Positions 39,063-50,627 are shown, counted from the stretch's first letter. The stretch is 64,000 bases of DNA from an uncultured Chloroflexia bacterium (GCA_963810095.1 CAWEMM010000010.1:64001-128000); one strand, 5' to 3'. Notes: a model not told the origin generated them from the sequence alone. Program-made: numbers and translations.

Positions 39063-39137
39063 TGACCACAAAGGCTCGAAGACACGAAGCCACACGAAGC
39101 CTTTGTGAACCTTAGTGTCTCCGAGCCTTTGTGGTTA
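39063..39137. repeat. family A palindrome
   Basis: GACCACAAAGGCTCGAAGACACGAAG...CTTAGTGTCTCCGAGCCTTTGTGGTT. Confidence 0.85.
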
Positions 39138-39187
39138 ACCGCTTCGCACGTCGAGGCATGATAAAATGGCGGACGGGAGGGGATCCG

Positions 39188-39619
39188 ATGGAAGAGGAAT
39201 TGTTGGCCGTGCTCGACGCGCACCTGAAGAGCATCTGGGCCGGTGATCTGACGGCGTATCGAGCGACGACCGCAGAGGACGTCACGTTTTTCGAGTGGTA
39301 CATCAGCACCCAGCGCATCGATGGACTGGACTTTCACCTGCGTGAGACCGCGGCCCAGTTCCGGGCGGCGGAGGACCGGCGGCGTTCGGGCCAGCGTTAC
39401 GAGATCGAGCACGAGGTGCTGCAGCCCAAGATTCAAGTGTACGGCGACGTCGCGATCGTCACTTATACGCTGCTGATGCGCTACACGTCGTCCGACGTCG
39501 TGCGGCATACCGAACATAACGAAACACGGGTGTTTCACCGCCGGGCCGCGGGCTGGCAGCTCGTGCACTGCCACAAGTCGCCGATGTGGCCCGCCCCACA
39601 TGCACCGTCAGGCAGGTAG
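39188..39619 (+). CDS. NTF2-like (SnoaL/DUF4440/CaMKII-AD-like) protein
   Basis: GDLTAY, GLDFH, GDVAIVTY, ETRVF...W..VHCH.S. Confidence 0.85.
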   Translation: MEEELLAVLDAHLKSIWAGDLTAYRATTAEDVTFFEWYISTQRIDGLDFHLRETAAQFRAAEDRRRSGQRYEIEHEVLQPKIQVYGDVAIVTYTLLMRYTSSDVVRHTEHNETRVFHRRAAGWQLVHCHKSPMWPAPHAPSGR

Positions 39620-39623
39620 GTCC

Positions 39624-40387
39624 ATGTCACAACTTGCGCTTATCACGGGCGCGTCGAGCGGCATCGGCGAGGAGTTCGGCCGGCAGCTCGCCGCCCGGGG
39701 ATACGATCTCGATCTTAACTGCGCGGCGTGCGGAGCGACTGGCTGCTCTCGCCACAGAGCTGACGCAAAAGCATGGGGTGCGGGTGGAGACGCTGCCCGC
39801 GGATCTCTCCATTCCCGATTGCATTGCGGCCGTGGCAGCACGGGCGCACGCGGGCGACGTCGACCTCCTGGTGAATAACGCCGGGTTCGGCATCGGAAAG
39901 AAGTTCGCCCACGCAGGGCTCGGCGGACAGGAGGCGATGCTGTCTGTTCATATCCAGGCGCCCATGCAGCTGATGCACGCCGTCCTGCCGGCCATGATCG
40001 AGCGCCACCGAGGCGGTGTGATTAATGTCGCCTCGCTCGCGGCCTATTTCTCACTTCCGACCGAGGCCAATTACACCGCGACGAAGGCATACCTGGTGCG
40101 CTTTTCGCGGGCGGTCCACGGCGAAGTGCGGCGCACGGGAGTGACGGTGCAAGCGCTCTGCCCCGGCTTCACCGTGTCTGAAATGCACATCGATCGCCAG
40201 ACGGGCGCAATTCAAGCGGCAGGGTCCTGCGTTTCTCTGGTCAGAGGCAAGCGAGGTTGTCGGCGCGTCGCTGCATGCGTTCGATCGCCGCAAGTCGCTC
40301 TGCGTGCCCGGAGGAATCAACAAGCTGGTTTACTGGATCGGGAAGCTCGGCGTGGCCGATGTCTTTCTGCCGTACTTCCTGCGCTAG
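39624..40387 (+). CDS. short-chain dehydrogenase/reductase, frameshifts near 39710 and 40220
   Basis: TGASSGIG, NNAG, Y.ATK, LCPG spread over three frames. Confidence 0.85.
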
Positions 40388-40395
40388 CGGATTGT

Positions 40396-40424
40396 TTGAC
40401 GCCGGCCCGCTCCGCTTCTATAAT
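40396..40424 (+). promoter_or_regulatory. sigma70 promoter of the PqqD-rSAM cluster
   Basis: TTGACG-17 bp-TATAAT. Confidence 0.7.
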
Positions 40425-40494
40425 TATCGAACCTGCTCGGCAAGGGCTGCCGCAAAATCCCGCCGTTCATCGACCGGTCACTCAGGAGTAGTAG

Positions 40495-40776
40495 ATGTCC
40501 TCTCGCGATTTGCGCACGCCCGTGCGTAACCCTGCGACCGCTTCACGCGTCTTCAGTGGTGAGGCCGTCATTATCACACCCACAGAGAACACTGTTCGGA
40601 TGCTGAATGGGGTGGGCTCGCGCATCTGGGAGCTGGTTGACGGTGAGCGCACGGTCGAGCAAATCGGGGCCGTGTTGGCGGCCGAGTACGATATTCCGGC
40701 CGGCGACGCGACCGACAGCGCCGGACGCTTTGTCGACGAGCTCCTCGCCAAGGGGCTGCTCGAGCTCGCGGCCTGA
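40495..40776 (+). CDS. PqqD-family RiPP recognition element
   Basis: LNGVGSRIWELVDG.RTVEQI...L..EY......D...FV.EL...GLL. Confidence 0.92.
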   Translation: MSSRDLRTPVRNPATASRVFSGEAVIITPTENTVRMLNGVGSRIWELVDGERTVEQIGAVLAAEYDIPAGDATDSAGRFVDELLAKGLLELAA

Positions 40777-40791
40777 AGCCGGCGGAGCTGC

Positions 40792-41969
40792 ATGGACGCT
40801 TTCATCCCCTTGGAGTCCGTAACGACCGGCCCGCGCCCGTTCGAGCGTGACTACGCGGGGTGCGCGCCGGTGGAGGCGCCGGCCAACGGGTACGACACGC
40901 TGATGGCGCGGCTGCGCCGAGAGCACGTGCCCTACTCGGTCTTGTGGGAGCTGACGCACCGCTGCAATCTGAAGTGCGTGATGTGTTTCAACGAGGCGCT
41001 GGCCGAGCAAGAGCTGAGCACGGACGAATGTCTCGGCGTTCTGCGCCAGCTTGCCCAAGCCGGCGCGCTCCGGCTGACCTTCACCGGCGGGGAGATCCTG
41101 ACACGGCCCGACTTTTTTACGATTGCGCAGGCGGCGCGCGAACTCGGCTTTGCGCTCGACCTCAAGACGAACGGCACGCTGATCACGCCGGAGACCGCCG
41201 TCAGAATCGGCCGGCTCGCACCGGTACAGGTCGATATCAGCCTGCTCGGGGCTACCTCTGAAACCTTTGATGCGTTGGCCGGGATGCCGCACACGCTCGA
41301 CCGTGCGCTGCGGGGTGTCGGGTTGCTGATAGAGCAGGGCGTGCGGGTTAAGCTCAATACCCTGTTAATGACAGCGAATTTGTCAGAACAGCGGGCCATG
41401 GTTGACGTTGCCAATAAGTTGGGTGTATACTATGAGTCGGTTCTCAAGGTATCTCCGACCGATAGTGGACAGCCAAAAGCCGAGCGACACCAGTTATCGC
41501 GCGACCAGATGGTTGAGGCTGTTGTCGCGGACCAAACGCCCTTTGTTCCCAAGCCGCGCTCCGAGGAATCACGCACCTGTGGTGTCGGGTTATCGTCGTG
41601 CCTGATTAGCCCGTACGGCATCGTTTATCCCTGTATTGAGTTGCGCGTGCCCGCGGGCGACCTGCGCAAACAGAAGTTCAGCGAGATCTGGCGTAGTGCG
41701 CCGGTCTTCGTCGAACTTCGCGAGCGGCACGTCTTCGGCAACCTGCCCGATTGCCAGCGCTGCCGCTGCAGACGTACTGCGAGGGCCGGTGCGCAGGTAT
41801 TGCGCAGAAGAATCACGGCGACCTGTACGGCGGGCATACGCTGGCGTGTTGGCAGGCGCAGGCGCGCTTCATGCAGCAGCATCCCGGGGCGCCCGTCCCG
41901 ACGACGCCGTTGCTCGAACGGCAGCAGTCGTCGGACGGCAAAGCCAAGAACGGTGATATTCACGAATGA
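40792..41969 (+). CDS. radical SAM/SPASM protein, frameshift near 41765
   Basis: CNLKCVMC, TGGE, TNG; SPASM CGVG...GIVYPC...CQRC / LQTYCEGRC...AC. Confidence 0.9.
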
Positions 41970-42062
41970 CCGTTGTAACCGGCGGGCTATCGACGGTCGG
42001 TCGTCATCTGTGTTGTAAGCTGGCAGCGTTATCGTCGACGAGATTCGTCGGGGAGGTAAGTC

Positions 42063-42278
42063 ATGGATCAAGCCCTGCAAGTCGCCCATCAATCTGCGCC
42101 TGAGACTCGCAAGCCCTGGGAAGAGCCCTGCATCGTGCTCGAACGCCTGCTCCTGGTTTCTGCGCAGGACGGGGGCGGGAAGGGCGAGTCCGGCATCTTC
42201 AATCCCGGCCAGAGCGGACCCGGCGGCCCGAGCTTCATGGGCCCCCTCGGCACATCCGGGGGTAGCGGCAACTGCTAA
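42063..42278 (+). CDS. putative RiPP precursor peptide
   Basis: GGGAGGT RBS; leader-like RKPWEEPCIV motif; Gly/Pro/Ser-rich core ending in Cys. Confidence 0.7.
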   Translation: MDQALQVAHQSAPETRKPWEEPCIVLERLLLVSAQDGGGKGESGIFNPGQSGPGGPSFMGPLGTSGGSGNC

Positions 42279-42303
42279 CCTCAGAATCCTTAAGCCAACC
42301 GCC

Positions 42304-45300
42304 TTGAGTTCAGAGTCGCGGGCATGGAGTAGTCTATTGAGAGCGCCTTCGCTGCGGTGGCTTTCCGCATTGCTAGTCGTATTCGGTCTCGTACTGCCCA
42401 GTCAGTCTGTTTTTGCCGGGCCTACCGAGACCGAATTTTTGTTTGAGGTCACAACGCCTACCTTTAGCATCGGGTCCGATAACATAACCGTTCCCGGTTA
42501 TGCGTCCAACGATGCCCCCGGCGCGCCTGCCCTGCCCCTTCCAGGTCAAAACCATCGAACTCCCCTTCGACGGTGACTGGAAGGTCAGCTATGAACTCCT
42601 CGAAAGCCAGACTCTGCCCGAGAAACTCGCTGTGCGCTCGGTTCCGGTCGCAGACCTGCCGGTCGAAGGTCCGCAAAGCATCCAAAGCCGGCCCGATTGG
42701 CCCAGCGAGGCGCCCGTGGTGACGCGCCGGACCCGGCCATTTACGGCCACGACACGTATTACCCAGAGGCCCCGGTTCAGCCCGGCACAGAGGGCTGTCA
42801 ACGCGGCAGGCGCCTCCTGCCCGTCCGCGTGTTCCCGTTCCAATATAACCCGGCCGCGCAGACGGTGCTGTACCACCCCCACGTCAAGGTGGTCGTTCGT
42901 GTGAGCGGCTCGGCGCAGGGCTCGTGCAGCCAAGGAGCGGCGCCCAGCACGGGTGTTGCCGGCGCGGAGGCTATCGGGGCAGAGGCGGGTGCCCTATTGG
43001 TACGCACTGCGGAGCGCGGCATGTACGGTCTGACGTACGCCGATCTTCAAACCGCAGGCGTGCCGCTCGACACGGTCGATCCCGCAAGCTTTCGCATGAC
43101 GCTGGGAGGCCAGGCGGTTCGCCTGCAAGTGCAAACGCAGACGGCCGGCCACTTCGCGCAGGGCGACCTGGTCATCTTCTACGCCGAACCCTATACGGGC
43201 CGCTGGTCTACGACGAACGTCTATCGCTTCAGTTGGGGCCCCGACGCCGCACCGGCTGAGTCGCGCATGCTGACACGCGGGGCAGCCAAGACCGGGCCGG
43301 TTCTGACCACGGTCATCCAGTCACTGCACGTCGAGCGAAACTACGACTATTACAGCACCTACCCGGCGTCCGTCGAGGCCGACCACTTTTTCGACGCGCC
43401 ACTCAGCCTTTCGCAGAGCACGCCGTCCGCGTCCGCATCATACGATCTCGCGCTGGACGACCCCCTGCAGACGGGTACGGTCAAGATCAGCGGGTTGGTT
43501 TACGGTGGCAAGAGCCAGGCTGCGAATCCCGACCAGTCGTTCGAGCTCAAGCTGAACAGCCAGGCTGCCGGGGTGCAGCAATGGGACGGGCGAGTCGGCT
43601 ACCAGTTCTCGACGAGCGTGACCGCGTCGGCTCTGCTGCCGACCGGCAATAAGCTCTCCGTGACTGCCGCTCTCTCGCAGCTACCCGCACTGACCGACTA
43701 TTACATCTATCCCGATAGCTTCGACCTCCTGTATCCTGCATCGAGCGAGGTGGAGACCGACCGCGTCTTTGTTGCGGGGCTCGACACTAGCGCCACCGCG
43801 GTTCAGATGCAGTTCACCGGTTTCACCGGCTCCACCGTGCGGGCTTACGACGTCCGCGACCCCAAGTCCCCGGTCATACTCACAACGGTCGAAGCAGGTG
43901 CGTCGGGCCCGCCCTACAGCGTCAACGTGTGGGACTCCTGGAATGCGTTGGACAGCGCGCCGCGTATGCGCTCACCACGGACGCCGCGCTTCTCAAGCCG
44001 GCGTCGATCGAACGCGACTGGCCCAGCAACCTGAAGTCAATGACGAACTCGTACGATTACATCGCCATCGTGCACCGCAGCCTTTCCGAGCCCATTCAGC
44101 CGCTGCTCGACCGGAGGGCCCGGCACGGGCTCCGGGTCACGAAGGTTGACGTGCAGGACATCTACGATGAGTTCAACTACGGTATGCCGCATCAGCAGGC
44201 GATCCGCGACTTCCTGAACTATGCCTATCACTACTGGAACCAAGGCGAGGCGAATCGTCCGCGCTACGTCCTGCTGGTCGGCGACGGGCATTACGATTTC
44301 AAGAATGTGTTGAACAAGCCGGTGCCGAACCTCGTGCCGCCGTTCCTGATCAACGTCGATCCGTGGATCGGCGAGACTGCCGCCGACAACCGCTTTGTCT
44401 CGGTGGATGGTGCTGACGACTATCTGCCCGATATGGCCATTGGCCGAATACCGGCGTGGAATGCTGCGGACGTAGCGAGCGTGATCGCTAAGATCGTGGC
44501 GTATGAGGACGAAAATGCGCCACCGGATGCTGCCTGGCAGCGGCGTGCCGTCTTTGTGGCAGACGACGAAGAGACCGGCGCCGGCAACTTCCACGCCTTC
44601 AGCGACGAGATCATCGCCAACTGGTTGCCGCCGGCCTACGACAGCTCTAAGATCTATTATAACCCGAACAATATGCCTGTGGGGGTCGGATACACGACTG
44701 TCAGCGACATGAAGACCAACGTCAAGCAGGCCTTCAACCAGGGCGCCCTGCTGATGCAGTGGTTCGGTCACGCGTCCAAGTTCAGATGGGGGTCGTTCAA
44801 CAACCTGTGGAAGGTGTGGGATCTGCGAACGCTCGACGCCAACGTGCACCTGCCCCTGGTGCTCTCATACTCGTGCTGGTCCGGTTACTTCGTGAACCTT
44901 TTCGGGTATACGGACGGTTCGCCGGATGGCTCGGCATGGTATCAGTCGCTCGGCGAGACGGACTTGCTTCAGCCAGGCCGTGGAGCTATCGCTGACCTTT
45001 CGCCGAGCGGGCAACACGTCGGGCAGGCGCTGCAGGTGCTGAACCAGGGACTGACGAAGACGATCTTCCAGGATCGGGTCGTCGGCTTGGGCGAGGCCGT
45101 GGACGCCGCCAAGCTGTACTACTTCAGCCACAGCACCGCGTATCCTGACGTCATCGACACTTCCATCCTTTTCGGCGATCCCACGCTTAAGCTGCGTCTG
45201 CCATACCGCGCCTCTGGGCTCTCCCGAGCCGCCCGATGTCGACATCGCGCCGAAAGACGCGGCTTCGGTCCACCTCTTCTGGCGGCATCTGTCTGAGAAC

Positions 45301-45588
45301 AGCGGCTACGAGGTCTATAGGGCCGTGCGTCCCTACTTCCAACCCGGCGACAGCGGCGTCAACCCCATCGCCTACATCGACGCCGCGCCCTACGGTCCTG
45401 ACTCAGAGATTCCATACGACGACTCTGGGTACGATTACGACCCCGCTGGGGGTACGCAGCCCCGGGTACAGGTCGTTGGTGACGTGGCCAACAACTACTT
45501 TTGGGGTGTCGAGGGCCGCGCCGGCACCGGCTCGGGCATCATTAACTGGGTAGGCGAGTTCGACTTCGCGCTCACGAAGGGCAATTAA
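42304..45588 (+). CDS. secreted C25 (gingipain-family) cysteine peptidase, about four frameshifts (42540, 42725, 43965, 45210)
   Basis: Signal-like N-terminus, PG.P.LP propeptide, DIYDEFNYG, YVLLVGDG, MAIGRIP, GHAS and SC catalytic motifs, LFGDP, C-terminal GEFDFALT. Confidence 0.85.
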
Positions 45589-45633
45589 AGGTTTAGGCCG
45601 GAGAAACCGCCCCGGTTCCTCCGGCCTAAACCT
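45589..45633 (+). terminator. hairpin directly after the C25 gene
   Basis: AGGTTTAGGCCGGAG...CTCCGGCCTAAACCT. Confidence 0.65.
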
Positions 45634-45918
45634 GACCCTTCCTCAACCCCTCAATCCCCTACCGATTCGCTTGAGCTACCCCGGTCCGTCCCATCACCAG
45701 CAATCCAAGGAGACTCAACCCACCTCACAAACTCACTCAATCGATCAACCCGTACTCACAACTACCAGACGCCCACATCGCTTAGTTCGATCCGCTCAAT
45801 ACGACTCACTTACGCATGCATTCTTTACAACGGCCATTACAACCAATAAACGCTCAAATAACCACACTTACGGCTTCGTTCGATACACGAGTCAATACAA
45901 AGTTCTGATCTGTCCTGT

Positions 45919-45952
45919 GCCTGCTCCCCCCTTACTTAGCGGAGGAGCAGGC
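45919..45952 (-). terminator. hairpin downstream of the GlsB-like gene
   Basis: GCCTGCTCC...GGAGCAGGC. Confidence 0.45.
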
Positions 45953-45985
45953 CGGTGCTTCCAGGCTAGCTGGCGCACTGTTTGC

Positions 45986-46258
45986 TTAGCGCACAGTGCC
46001 CCGGCGCAGCAGGTTGACGATAGCCAACAAAACAACGGCGCCCAAGAGGGAGACCAACAGCCCAGAGAGGCTGAAGTCGCCCTGATTAATGTTGCCGCCG
46101 CCGATCAGCGGGTTGAGAATCAGGCCGGCCAGGAAGGCGCCGACGATACCGACGATGATGTTCAGCAGGGGACCCTGCTGCGCATCGGTCCGCATGATCA
46201 TGCTGGCAATCCAGCCCAACAGACCACCCACGATAATCCACACGATGAAGTTAATCAT
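45986..46258 (-). CDS. GlsB/YeaQ/YmgE-family membrane protein
   Basis: WIIVGGL.GWIAS.IM.....G...NIIVGIVGA, LGAVVLL. Confidence 0.92.
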   Translation of the reverse strand: MINFIVWIIVGGLLGWIASMIMRTDAQQGPLLNIIVGIVGAFLAGLILNPLIGGGNINQGDFSLSGLLVSLLGAVVLLAIVNLLRRGTVR

Positions 46259-46431
46259 GCTCTCTACTCTCCTTATGTTCGACTCTCGACTCACTTACGA
46301 TACTTCGCTTGAGCTCACTCAAGCTTATGTGCCAAGTATACTGCGCTCGCCAGGCTTTGGGTATCAGCAAATGCCGTAGCGTTTCATCGGCATTGCGCCT
46401 ACTCCCGTGTCAGACAAATCTTACATGTGCC

Positions 46432-46474
46432 GGAAAACAAATCGACCGGGCGCCGCCCGGTCGATTTGTTTTCC
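46432..46474 (-). terminator. perfect 20-bp hairpin after the response regulator
   Basis: GGAAAACAAATCGACCGGGC-GCC-GCCCGGTCGATTTGTTTTCC. Confidence 0.7.
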
Positions 46475-46487
46475 ACCCCGCTTGTTA

Positions 46488-46877
46488 TCAAGCCTGCAAC
46501 CCGTACTGCGCCACCCGGTCCAGCAGCTGCTCGAACTCGCTGGACTTGTCATAGAAATAGTCGGCTCCGGCCTTCTGACACTCCGAACGATAGCGTTCGG
46601 TCGCGTGGTTGGTTAACATGATGACCTTGGTCTCCGGATGCGTGCCCTTGACTTTGCGCAGGACGTCAATGCCGTTTTGCACAACGCCAACGCCCGGCAC
46701 CTTGATATCTAGGATTGCGATGTCAGGCTCGTGCTCGTCGACCAGGCGCAACGCGGACGCGGCATCCTCGGCCTGAATAACATTCTCGACCGAGTCAATC
46801 TCTGCCAGCATGGCCGCAAGCAAGCTGCGCACCACGGCGGCGTCGTCCATGACCAGCACGGTGAAGCGTTTCGACAT
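46488..46877 (-). CDS. single-domain response regulator (NarL-like receiver)
   Basis: VMDD, PDIAILDI, MLT, GAD...K. Confidence 0.88.
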   Translation of the reverse strand: MSKRFTVLVMDDAAVVRSLLAAMLAEIDSVENVIQAEDAASALRLVDEHEPDIAILDIKVPGVGVVQNGIDVLRKVKGTHPETKVIMLTNHATERYRSECQKAGADYFYDKSSEFEQLLDRVAQYGLQA

Positions 46878-47023
46878 CCGATTACCAAAATCCATCATGC
46901 ATGAATAATAAGCCCGTCTATCCCTTAGAAGTAGCAGAAGAACACTGATAAGACAATCATCTCTCGTCCTATCGGCTTGTCCGGTTTTGTCCGACAATGC
47001 ACGCGGCTTGTGCCTTAGATGGC

Positions 47024-48908
47024 CTAGGCGGGCTGATGAGGGGGCGGGCTTTCGATGCTGTACTGCCTGAGCGGCAGGCGCATCTCGACCAGCACGCCCT
47101 GGTCGGGCCCGTTGAGCACGGTGACCGAACCCCCCAACTGCCGCGCTCGCTCGCGCATCCCGACCAGCCCCAGGGAGCGGCGCCCGGGGTCGACCTGTAA
47201 GCCCTTGCCATTGTCCAGCACCTTCAGAACGAGGTCGCTGTCCGTCGTGACCATGTCCACTCGCACTTCGGTCGCTTCCGCATGCCGGGCGATGTTAGTC
47301 AGCGCTTCCTGCAAGACACGGAAGGCCGCGGTGCTCATATCCTTCGACAAGCGCTCTTCGACCACTTCGGTTTCGAGCGTTACTGCCAGGCCCGTCCGTT
47401 CGCGAAACTGCTGCAGTTGCCATTCGACCGCAGCCTCGAGGCCGAAGTCGTCCAGGATGCCGGGGCGCAAGTCGGACAGCGATGCGCCGGATTGTCTTGA
47501 TCGTTTCGTCGACCAGCGCGAAAGTCTCGCTGAGCCGTTCGCCCACCTTCTCCGGATTCGCGCGTTGCCAGCCGCTCGATCGTGCGCAGCTCCATCTTGA
47601 TGGCCGTGAGGAGCTGGCCAAGCTGGTCGTGAATCTCGCGCGAGATGCGCATGCGCTCCTGTTCCGTGCTGCGCATGAGTTCCTCGGAGAGCCGGCGCAG
47701 GTCGGCCTGGGTCTCCAGGAGCTTCGTGTTACTGATCTGCAGTTGCTCGGTGCGCTTGATGACCCGGCTTTCCAGCTCCGCGTTACAGCTGCTGCATCTG
47801 GTTGATCAGCCGGGCGTTCTCTTCGTCGCGCTCCTGCAAGGCGGCGGCCATCGAGTCGAAGGTCTGCGCCAACTGCCCCATCTCGCTGCTGTCGCCTAGC
47901 AGTCCCACCCGGGCCGAGAAGTCGCCGGCGCGCATCCGCAGCGCCGCATCGACAACCCTTTCGGTGCGACGGACGATCATGACCTCGGCGCTAATCCAGG
48001 CTGACGCCAGCGCGGCCAGCCCAATGACGGCGAGGCCGCCCAGGCTGAGGCGCAGCATCCGATCGACGCCCGAGTAGATGTAGTCTGTCGTCAGGCCGGC
48101 AAACGCATACAGATCGGGGTCCGTTCGCGAGCCGACGGGCGTAAACGAGAAGAGCCGCCGGTTGCCGCTGAGGCCGGGCGCGACGATCCAGCCCTCCTTT
48201 TCGCCTTTGGCAGCCTGGAAGATGGCGGTGCCGGCAACATCCTGCCCGACGAAGCGCTCCGGGTCGGGGTGGCGCAGCACGACGGTCCCATTCCGATCGA
48301 TCAAGATCAATGAGGCGTACTGGTAGAACTGGTTGGCGCCGATGCGCTGGGCGAGCGCGTCAACATTCAGGCCCGCGCCAATGACGGCTTGCACATGGCC
48401 ATTCGCTTCCAGCACCGGCAGCCCCACGGCAAGATTGGGGCGGCCCGAGGCAGGGCCGATTTGTACATTACCCACGGCGAACGTCTTGCTGGCGATGGCC
48501 CGCTCAAAATAGAGCTGTCCGGCAGCGGAGATCGTGCCGGACAGCGGGCGCAGCGACGGCCACGCAGCGGATCGTTCCGTCCGGTGCGGCCACACTCAGT
48601 CCCAGGAACTGCTTGCTCGTGTTAAAGAATGCCTGGAGCCGGTCTGAGCACGCGGCCGGGTCGGCGCCGGTGATCTCGGGCGTTTGGGCCAACCAGGTGA
48701 GCGAATTCTCTGTGTTGCTGATGACCTCCTGGTACTGCGTCGCCAGCAGTTGAGCCAGCGCCATGCTCTCGAGCCGGGCGCTCTCCTCGGCGCGCGTGCG
48801 CTCGAAGGCTGCAATCGTGATCACCAGGACAAAAGCGGGCAGGAGCGCGAGGAAGATGACCGCCACGAGACGGGTGCGCAGGTTGGGCAGGATGTGTCGG
48901 GTTAGCAT
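47024..48908 (-). CDS. Cache-HAMP-HisKA_3 sensor kinase, several frameshifts
   Basis: TM-Cache-TM-HAMP fragments; ER.RISREIHDQLGQ, RP.ILDDFGL, QEALTNIARHA, GLVGMRER. Confidence 0.88.
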
Positions 48909-48974
48909 GGACGCCCTCTAGTTGTCAATCATAGCACAAAACGCCGCGGCTCACTACCGAGCTGAGCTGAACTA

Positions 48975-49061
48975 GGACGCTGATGCAACTGATTAACCTG
49001 ATCTACACTGTCCTTTGGCTGAAGATCGTGATGATCAGTCCCATCCGTTCAATCAGTGTCC
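48975..49061. repeat. family B palindrome
   Basis: GGACGCTGATGCAACTGATTAACCTGATC...GATCAGTCCCATCCGTTCAATCAGTGTCC. Confidence 0.8.
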
Positions 49062-49180
49062 GATTTCATGCGGCGTTTGGCGTAGGCGCCATATCAGGCT
49101 CCGCATGTAGGGCGAGCTTCAGCTCGCCCCTATGTAGCCAGCCCGCCCTTTCCACTCGAAGGGCGCACGGTTTTCGAGCA

Positions 49181-49209
49181 TTGACGGGTCGACGGAATGC
49201 CTGTATAAT
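49181..49209 (+). promoter_or_regulatory. sigma70 promoter of the liv operon
   Basis: TTGACG-17 bp-TATAAT. Confidence 0.7.
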
Positions 49210-49445
49210 CGCCCCATCTTCGCCTGTAGCCCTGATGGCACCATTGCTTTTTCCGGCGCATGGTCTGCGCCGATCCCATCCGACAGCACCCTACTCCTTG
49301 TGCGAAAGGGGGTGACGCTCCAAAAACGACCAACGCTCCCGTCGACTGTTTCGGCTCCAGTAGTCTAGCTTCGTGTTTCAACCGAAATGGCCCATTGGGC
49401 ACGGACCCACTTGGAAAGGCCCTATCATAAGGAGGAGCGATCACT

Positions 49446-50612
49446 ATGAAGCGTCTGTTCGTACTACTGTTTGTCGTCATGCTGGTGACCGGGCTTGCCG
49501 GCTGTGCAGCGCCGGGCGCCGGCACGGGCGGCGACACCATCAAGATTGGCCTGGAAGCACCGCTGACCGGCGACTATGCCTACGAGGGTAAGGGCATGCA
49601 GAAGGCCGTGCAACTGCTGGTGGACCAGGCGAATGCTGCCGGCGGCATCAACGGCAAGAAAGTGGAGTTGCTCGTCGAGGACGATAAGGGCGATCCGAAG
49701 GAAGCCGCCCTGGTCGCCGACCGCATGGTGTCCAACAAGGTCGCGGCGGTCATCGGCGCCTACAACTCCAGCGCGACCGAGCCCGCCTCCGTCACCTACA
49801 ACAAGAACAACATCCTCCACATCACGCCCTCTTCGACCCGCGTCAGCCTGACGGAAAAAGGCTTCAAGCAGTTCTTCCGCACTTGTTTCCTCGACGACCG
49901 CCAGGGCCTCTTCGCCGCCAACTTCATGAAACAGGTGCTTGGCAACAAGACCATCGGCATCCTGCATGACAACTCGACGTACGCCCAGGGCCTCGCGGAA
50001 GAGACCAAGAAGTACGCGGAGCAGTTGGGGCTGAATATCGTCTTCTACGATGCCATCAACCCGAAGGACCAGGACTTCACCCCCGTCTTGACGAAGATCA
50101 AGGCCGCGAACCCCGAGACGGTCTACTTTACCGGCTACCACGCGCAGGCCGGGCAGTTGCTCAAGCAGGCAAAGGGCGTCGGCCTGCAAACGCAGTGGCT
50201 GGGTGGCAACGCCTCGAACAACAAGGAGATCATCGACATTGCCGGGCTCGACAATGCCAAGGGCATGATGTTCACGACCGAGCCGCTGCCGAAGGACCTT
50301 GACTATCCCGAGGCGAAGCAGTTCCTGGCCGACTACAAGGCGAAGTACAACGAGGAGGCGGAGAGCGTGTGGTGGGTCATGGCGGCCGATGCCTTCCGCG
50401 TCGTCAAGAACGCCATGGAGCAGACAAAAGGCACCGATACGACCAAGATGGCCGAATACCTCCACACCAACTTCAAGGATTTCCCGGGCATCACCGGTCC
50501 CATCATCGGCTTTGACGAGAAGGGCGACCGCCTGGGCAGCATCCACAAGGCGTATGTGATCACCGACGCCGGCGAGATTGTGCCGTACCCGAAGCAACCG
50601 GCCGTTCAGTAA
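49446..50612 (+). CDS. livK: branched-chain amino acid ABC substrate-binding lipoprotein
   Basis: Lipobox LAGC, IKIG..APLTG, NAAGGING, EDDKGDP. Confidence 0.92.
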   Translation: MKRLFVLLFVVMLVTGLAGCAAPGAGTGGDTIKIGLEAPLTGDYAYEGKGMQKAVQLLVDQANAAGGINGKKVELLVEDDKGDPKEAALVADRMVSNKVAAVIGAYNSSATEPASVTYNKNNILHITPSSTRVSLTEKGFKQFFRTCFLDDRQGLFAANFMKQVLGNKTIGILHDNSTYAQGLAEETKKYAEQLGLNIVFYDAINPKDQDFTPVLTKIKAANPETVYFTGYHAQAGQLLKQAKGVGLQTQWLGGNASNNKEIIDIAGLDNAKGMMFTTEPLPKDLDYPEAKQFLADYKAKYNEEAESVWWVMAADAFRVVKNAMEQTKGTDTTKMAEYLHTNFKDFPGITGPIIGFDEKGDRLGSIHKAYVITDAGEIVPYPKQPAVQ

Positions 50613-50627
50613 ACCTCGAATTAGACA

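Noticed and set aside
42063-42278. Lasso peptide assignment for the small precursor
   Set aside because: No asparagine-synthetase-like cyclase or B2 protease is nearby, and there is no Thr(-2) before a plausible core start.
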